A stretch of 64,000 bases of DNA, from contig PWON01000093.1 of NCBI GenBank assembly GCA_003557385.1, forward strand, positions 4,273 through 68,272, read 5' to 3'. The translations under genes and the position numbers were made by a program. The notes beneath the pieces were generated by a model. The model did not search any database. It was not told where the DNA came from and saw nothing but the letters and a program-made list of their open reading frames with translations. This document shows positions 57,867 to 64,000 of this stretch, piece by piece; the stretch's first letter is position 1, and each line of letters opens with the position of its first letter. The DNA is from Bacteroidales bacterium. GTDB lineage: Bacteria; Bacteroidota; Bacteroidia; Bacteroidales; UBA7960.

Positions 57867-60814
57867 GGGTTCGCTGAACCGTTCAGGCACTGGGAGAGCA
57901 GTTCAGCCGGATGAAGGGCTTTGCGACCCGTGCCATCGAAGATCTGTTGGCGGCAACTGGTGCCTGCTGCAACAATTATTGCATCCTTTTCGGCTTTGCG
58001 TATGGCAGGAAACAAAGACAGTTCGCCAATCTTCATGCTGATCTTGTAATGGTCTTTTTCAAAACCAAAGGCGCCTGCCATACCACAACATCCGCATTCT
58101 ATTTCCTCTATGGTATTGTTTTGCGGGATGGTCAACATTTTTTTTGTATGATCTGTCGAAGACAGGGCCTTTTGGTAACAGTGGCCGTGCAGGTAGATCT
58201 TTCTTCTGCGGGTGTCAAAAACAGAGCCATCGATGCGGCCATTGTCAAATTCTATGGCTATAAACTCATCCAAAGTGTAACAGTGTTTTGCCAGGTTGAA
58301 CGCCTCTTGCCTCGATTCGTTGCCGACCAGGTCGGGATACTCATCACGAAAGCTTAATACCGTCGATGGTTCAATACCGACCAGGGGTGATTTTTCATTG
58401 ACCAGCGAGGCAAGCAAGCGAATGTTTTCGGATGCAACGGAGGCTGCTTTTTTCAGCAGGCCCTTCGATATATAGGTACGGCCACTTTCGCGGTGTACCG
58501 GAATGTCAATGTGGTACCCCAGTTTGCTAAGCAACTCCAGTGAGCGGATTCCTGCTTCAGTATCGTTATGGTTGGTAAACTCGTCACAGAAAAACAAAAT
58601 GCGCTTGTCAGAAATAGCATTTTTATTCAGGGCGGGCAGATGTTTTTTTGCCCATTTCCTGAGGCTATGTTGTTGAATTACCGGAAGGGTTCTTTCATTG
58701 GCAAAGCCCATGATTTTTTTAATAACAGGAGCCGTGATCCGTCCACGTGCAAATGTATTGTACAGACCGGGTGCAATGCTTCCCAATTTGTTTAATCGCG
58801 GGTAAGCCCCTGTGATCCTTGCACTCAACGGCGCCCCATGTTCGTTATAGTAATGTTGTAACACTTCTGCTTTATACTTTCCCATGTCTACATTGGAAGG
58901 ACACTCTGCCTTGCACCCTTTACAAGACAGGCAAAGATCCAGTACATCAATGATCTCGCGATGATCGAAGGGATTTTTCCTGGGGGAATAACTGACAAAC
59001 TCTCTCAGGATGTTGGCCCTGCCGCGGGTGCTGTCATATTCATCCCGGGTGGCCTGATAAGAAGGACACATAACTCCGCCGGCAGCAAGTGGTTTGCGGC
59101 AATCGCCCGAACCATTGCACTGTTCAACAGCTCTTAAAAAGCCCAGGGTATTGTCGAAGTTAAAATAGGTTTTTATCTTTTTTTCAGCCTGTCCGGGTGT
59201 GTAACGCAATGATTCGACTATTGGCGGGCAGTCTGTAATTTTACCTGGGTTCAGCAGATGGCTGGGGTCCCAAATGGTTTTTACGGTTTTGAGCATGGCG
59301 GCACATTTTTCGCCCAGAACCACCGGGATGAATGCTCCGCGTAATCTGCCGTCGCCATGTTCACCACTCAAGGATCCGGCATATTTTTTCACAAGCCTGG
59401 CCATCCCTTCGGCTGCCTGGTGGAACCGTTCCACATCGGTGCGGTTTTTCAGGTTCACAATCGGGCGTATATGCAGCTCACCAGTGCCGATATGGGCAAA
59501 AAAGACACGTTTCAGCTGAAGTGTATCCAGCAATGATTGCACTTCTTTGATATAATCGGGTAAAACCTCTGTTTTAACGGCTGTATCTTCTATAACGGCA
59601 ACAGCCTTGGAATCCCCGGGCATATTTGACAGAAGACCCAGGCCTGCTTTTCGCAAATCCCATACTTTATTGATGTCGTCGTCGAAAAGGACCGGGTAAT
59701 GATAACCAATGCCTTTTGCGCGCATATGGGCTTCCATTTTTTCAGCCCTGCCGATGGCTTCATCGCGTGATTCAAAAGCAAATTCCACCACCATGATGGC
59801 CCCTGGATCTCCCTTGATAAAAAAACGGTTTTTGGCCTGCTGTATGTTTGCTTTTGTGCAATCCAGGATGTTTTTATCAACCAGTTCCACCGCCACCGGC
59901 CCGTATTGAAGTGCCACAAGATTGGCCTGCACGGCTTCATCAATATCCTTTACATGCACACATACCAGTGCTTTTTCGGGCGGAGGCAAAGGAACCAGGT
60001 TCAGCTTGATTTCCGTGTACATGGCCAGTGTGCCTTCAGCGCCGCAAAGAATGTTGCACATATTGAATGATTCATCACCCCCAAAAGGGTTTGCGTTCAG
60101 GAGCAGGTCGAGGGCATAACCCGTATTTCGCCTTTTAATGGCAGGATCCGGATAATTTGCTTTGATCTCTTTCTGGTTTTCTTTTTTGGAGAGCATTTCA
60201 AACAACTGGCTGTAGATCTTGTTTTCCAGGGTGCTTCCCACGCATTTTTTCCTGAATGCTTCCTGGTCGAGGGGTCCAAATGTGGCTGTGCTGCCGTCAG
60301 AAAGCAGTGCCTTGATTTCGATTACATGATCGCGGGTGCTTCCGTAAATGAGTGAATGTGCCCCGCAGGCATTATTGGCAACCATTCCCCCGATCATGCA
60401 CCGATTGCTTGTGGATGTTTCCGGGCCAAAAAACAGTCCGTGTGGTGCCAGAAAACGGTTTAAGTCGTCCAGGATCACTCCCGGCTGTACCCGGATCCAT
60501 TGCTCATTGGTGTTCAGCTCCAGGATCTGATTCATATGACGTGAAAAATCCACCACCAAGCCATGCCCGACCACCTGGCCTGCGAGTGAAGTACCTGCGG
60601 TCCGCGGGATGACCGGCAATTGATGCTTCCCGCAGAATGCCAGGATTTTTTTCAGGTCTTCGACATGTACCGGCCGGCAGACTGCCGCCGGCACTTCCTT
60701 GAATACCGAAGCATCAGTTGCGTATAAAAGCCTCCAGCTTACATCATAATGAATATCACCCTCAAGTTCTTTTTCCAACTGTGCGAAAGGGAATGCCGTC
60801 GATTGTAAATTCAT
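57863..60814 (-). CDS. FAD-linked oxidase fused to Fe-S (CCG/ferredoxin-like) domains, YdiJ-type architecture
   Basis: 983 aa with an N-terminal FAD_binding_4-like region (PRTAGTSLAGQ). A central cluster motif CLSCKGCKAECPSN and C-terminal Cys-rich CCG-like motifs (CGCCGMAG) are present. Confidence 0.8.
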   Translation of the reverse strand: MNLQSTAFPFAQLEKELEGDIHYDVSWRLLYATDASVFKEVPAAVCRPVHVEDLKKILAFCGKHQLPVIPRTAGTSLAGQVVGHGLVVDFSRHMNQILELNTNEQWIRVQPGVILDDLNRFLAPHGLFFGPETSTSNRCMIGGMVANNACGAHSLIYGSTRDHVIEIKALLSDGSTATFGPLDQEAFRKKCVGSTLENKIYSQLFEMLSKKENQKEIKANYPDPAIKRRNTGYALDLLLNANPFGGDESFNMCNILCGAEGTLAMYTEIKLNLVPLPPPEKALVCVHVKDIDEAVQANLVALQYGPVAVELVDKNILDCTKANIQQAKNRFFIKGDPGAIMVVEFAFESRDEAIGRAEKMEAHMRAKGIGYHYPVLFDDDINKVWDLRKAGLGLLSNMPGDSKAVAVIEDTAVKTEVLPDYIKEVQSLLDTLQLKRVFFAHIGTGELHIRPIVNLKNRTDVERFHQAAEGMARLVKKYAGSLSGEHGDGRLRGAFIPVVLGEKCAAMLKTVKTIWDPSHLLNPGKITDCPPIVESLRYTPGQAEKKIKTYFNFDNTLGFLRAVEQCNGSGDCRKPLAAGGVMCPSYQATRDEYDSTRGRANILREFVSYSPRKNPFDHREIIDVLDLCLSCKGCKAECPSNVDMGKYKAEVLQHYYNEHGAPLSARITGAYPRLNKLGSIAPGLYNTFARGRITAPVIKKIMGFANERTLPVIQQHSLRKWAKKHLPALNKNAISDKRILFFCDEFTNHNDTEAGIRSLELLSKLGYHIDIPVHRESGRTYISKGLLKKAASVASENIRLLASLVNEKSPLVGIEPSTVLSFRDEYPDLVGNESRQEAFNLAKHCYTLDEFIAIEFDNGRIDGSVFDTRRRKIYLHGHCYQKALSSTDHTKKMLTIPQNNTIEEIECGCCGMAGAFGFEKDHYKISMKIGELSLFPAIRKAEKDAIIVAAGTSCRQQIFDGTGRKALHPAELLSQCLNGSANP

Positions 60815-60856
60815 AGGTCAACAAATTACGTGGGTTGGTATGTGTACTCAGATATT

Positions 60857-61942
60857 TTAGTCCGGCGGGTATGTTTGTGCCGGCCTGCTGTGGGGACCCA
60901 GCAATTGAAAACTCGCCATAACCGGGTTGTGGTCTGAATGTTTGAAATCCAAATGAATGCCTTGTACCTTTAAGGGTTTTATGTTGGGTGATGCAATAAA
61001 AAAATCGATCAGTGTTGTGGGTGTGGTGGCCGGATGGTAGGGTTCGTGTGCACGTCTGTTGGTGGGGGTGGTGGGATCATATACATAATGCCAGCCTTCG
61101 AGATAATCATCTTTTATCAGCATCAGATTGTTATGATCGAAAATATTGAAATAGAAACCGGGTTCAAATCCCGGCGGGCTCTGATTAAAATCTCCGCCTG
61201 CAATCACGTAGTTGCCTTGTTCGTATTCTGAAATGAGTACCTGGCGCAGATAATCCATTTGCAGTGTACGCAAAGTGCCGTCATCAAAAGCTGAATTATG
61301 GGTGTTGATTATTACCAGTTCCTTTTCGTTGGCGAGGGGGTACCTGCTCAGAAGAAAACATCGTTGCAGGTTGAACAGTTTTCCGGGCCAGGGATAATGA
61401 CCCGGATAATTGACCCTTTTTACAGAATGAGGAGTGGGACGGCTGCTGGTAAGCAAACCGGACGACACCCTGCCCATGGGTGCATACCACGGTACCGGGA
61501 CAAACCGTACGTGGTAGTTTAACCCGAATGCATGGTTCGCCTCCGGCAGGTGCTTGCTGATGGTATCGGGCATATTGATGTAGTATGAACGCCTGGATTT
61601 CTGATCGGCCTCCTGGAACAAAAACACATCGGTGTATTGCTTTGCACGAATAAAATCGTTGATCGCCTGCAAATTGCGCAATGTTCTTTGCCTGCTTGTG
61701 CGCATTTGCCGGCCGCCATCATAAAAGAAATCCATATCATCGCCCATGCCGGCATATCCGAGGTTCCATGTCATCAAGGTGATGGTTCCGGTATCGCTCA
61801 ATGTGGAAGGATGGTCGCTTTGAAACACCTGGACACGTTCATCCGGCTCGTAGAATGTAATGTAGGCATAGGCAAGAATAAATGCAATAATGGCCATAAT
61901 GATAAACAGTATCATACCGGATATTTTAAAAAGCCTGCGCAT
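60857..61942 (-). CDS. Membrane-anchored endonuclease/exonuclease/phosphatase (EEP) family protein
   Basis: 361 aa with an N-terminal TM helix, LFQEAD, IINTHNSAFD and C-terminal SDHNPV motifs typical of the EEP fold. Confidence 0.7.
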   Translation of the reverse strand: MRRLFKISGMILFIIMAIIAFILAYAYITFYEPDERVQVFQSDHPSTLSDTGTITLMTWNLGYAGMGDDMDFFYDGGRQMRTSRQRTLRNLQAINDFIRAKQYTDVFLFQEADQKSRRSYYINMPDTISKHLPEANHAFGLNYHVRFVPVPWYAPMGRVSSGLLTSSRPTPHSVKRVNYPGHYPWPGKLFNLQRCFLLSRYPLANEKELVIINTHNSAFDDGTLRTLQMDYLRQVLISEYEQGNYVIAGGDFNQSPPGFEPGFYFNIFDHNNLMLIKDDYLEGWHYVYDPTTPTNRRAHEPYHPATTPTTLIDFFIASPNIKPLKVQGIHLDFKHSDHNPVMASFQLLGPHSRPAQTYPPD

Positions 61943-62016
61943 TGGATGGTCCCATTATATGACCAAATATAGTATTTTTCACTTATTCATTTCGCTTTTT
62001 GTTTATCTTCGCAGGC

Positions 62017-64000
<1,984 letters not shown>

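Noticed and set aside
55182-57890. Several minus-strand ORFs opposite rpsA (55182-56012, 56457-56939, 57003-57347, 57543-57890) with S/F/L-rich repetitive translations.
   Set aside because: They are mirror images of the K/E-rich S1 coding sequence (GAA and AAG codons read as TTC and CTT). They are not independent genes.

Overview
This 64-kb chromosomal segment looks like a Bacteroidota genome. Supporting signs are a SusC/SusD/SusE-like outer-membrane set, a protein with a T9SS-type C-terminal sorting domain, a type-B L31, DUF4293 next to rho, and repeated TAnnTTTG -7 promoter boxes at sensible distances from start codons. I call about 50 protein-coding genes, most at high confidence, plus one tRNA-Ser(GGA). 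I recognise no rRNA, CRISPR array, transposase, integrase, phage gene or known defence system, so the window is mostly housekeeping and metabolism. That content covers gpmI, mtaB, an arcC plus carbamoyltransferase pair, rho, serC-serA-DUF1015, rpmE2, lon, rpsA, ligA, an ExbB/ExbD cluster, an S46 peptidase and a Cu P-type ATPase. The most unusual locus is a BlaI/BlaR1-type repressor and sensor-protease pair at 26.3-28.5 kb. Its sensor tail is a Met/Glu-rich repetitive helical segment, and its twin-operator divergent promoter faces yjbQ-copA, so it could be a copper-responsive proteolytic switch. Other points worth a second look: a T9SS-exported deiminase-family enzyme divergent from carbamate kinase and carbamoyltransferase, a tightly coupled symporter-GNAT-racemase operon, a polytopic spermidine-synthase-like protein coupled to a signal-peptide-bearing PIMT, and KE-rich low-complexity expansions in S1 and Rho. 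All functional calls come from reading the translations, motifs and gene context. No database search was run.
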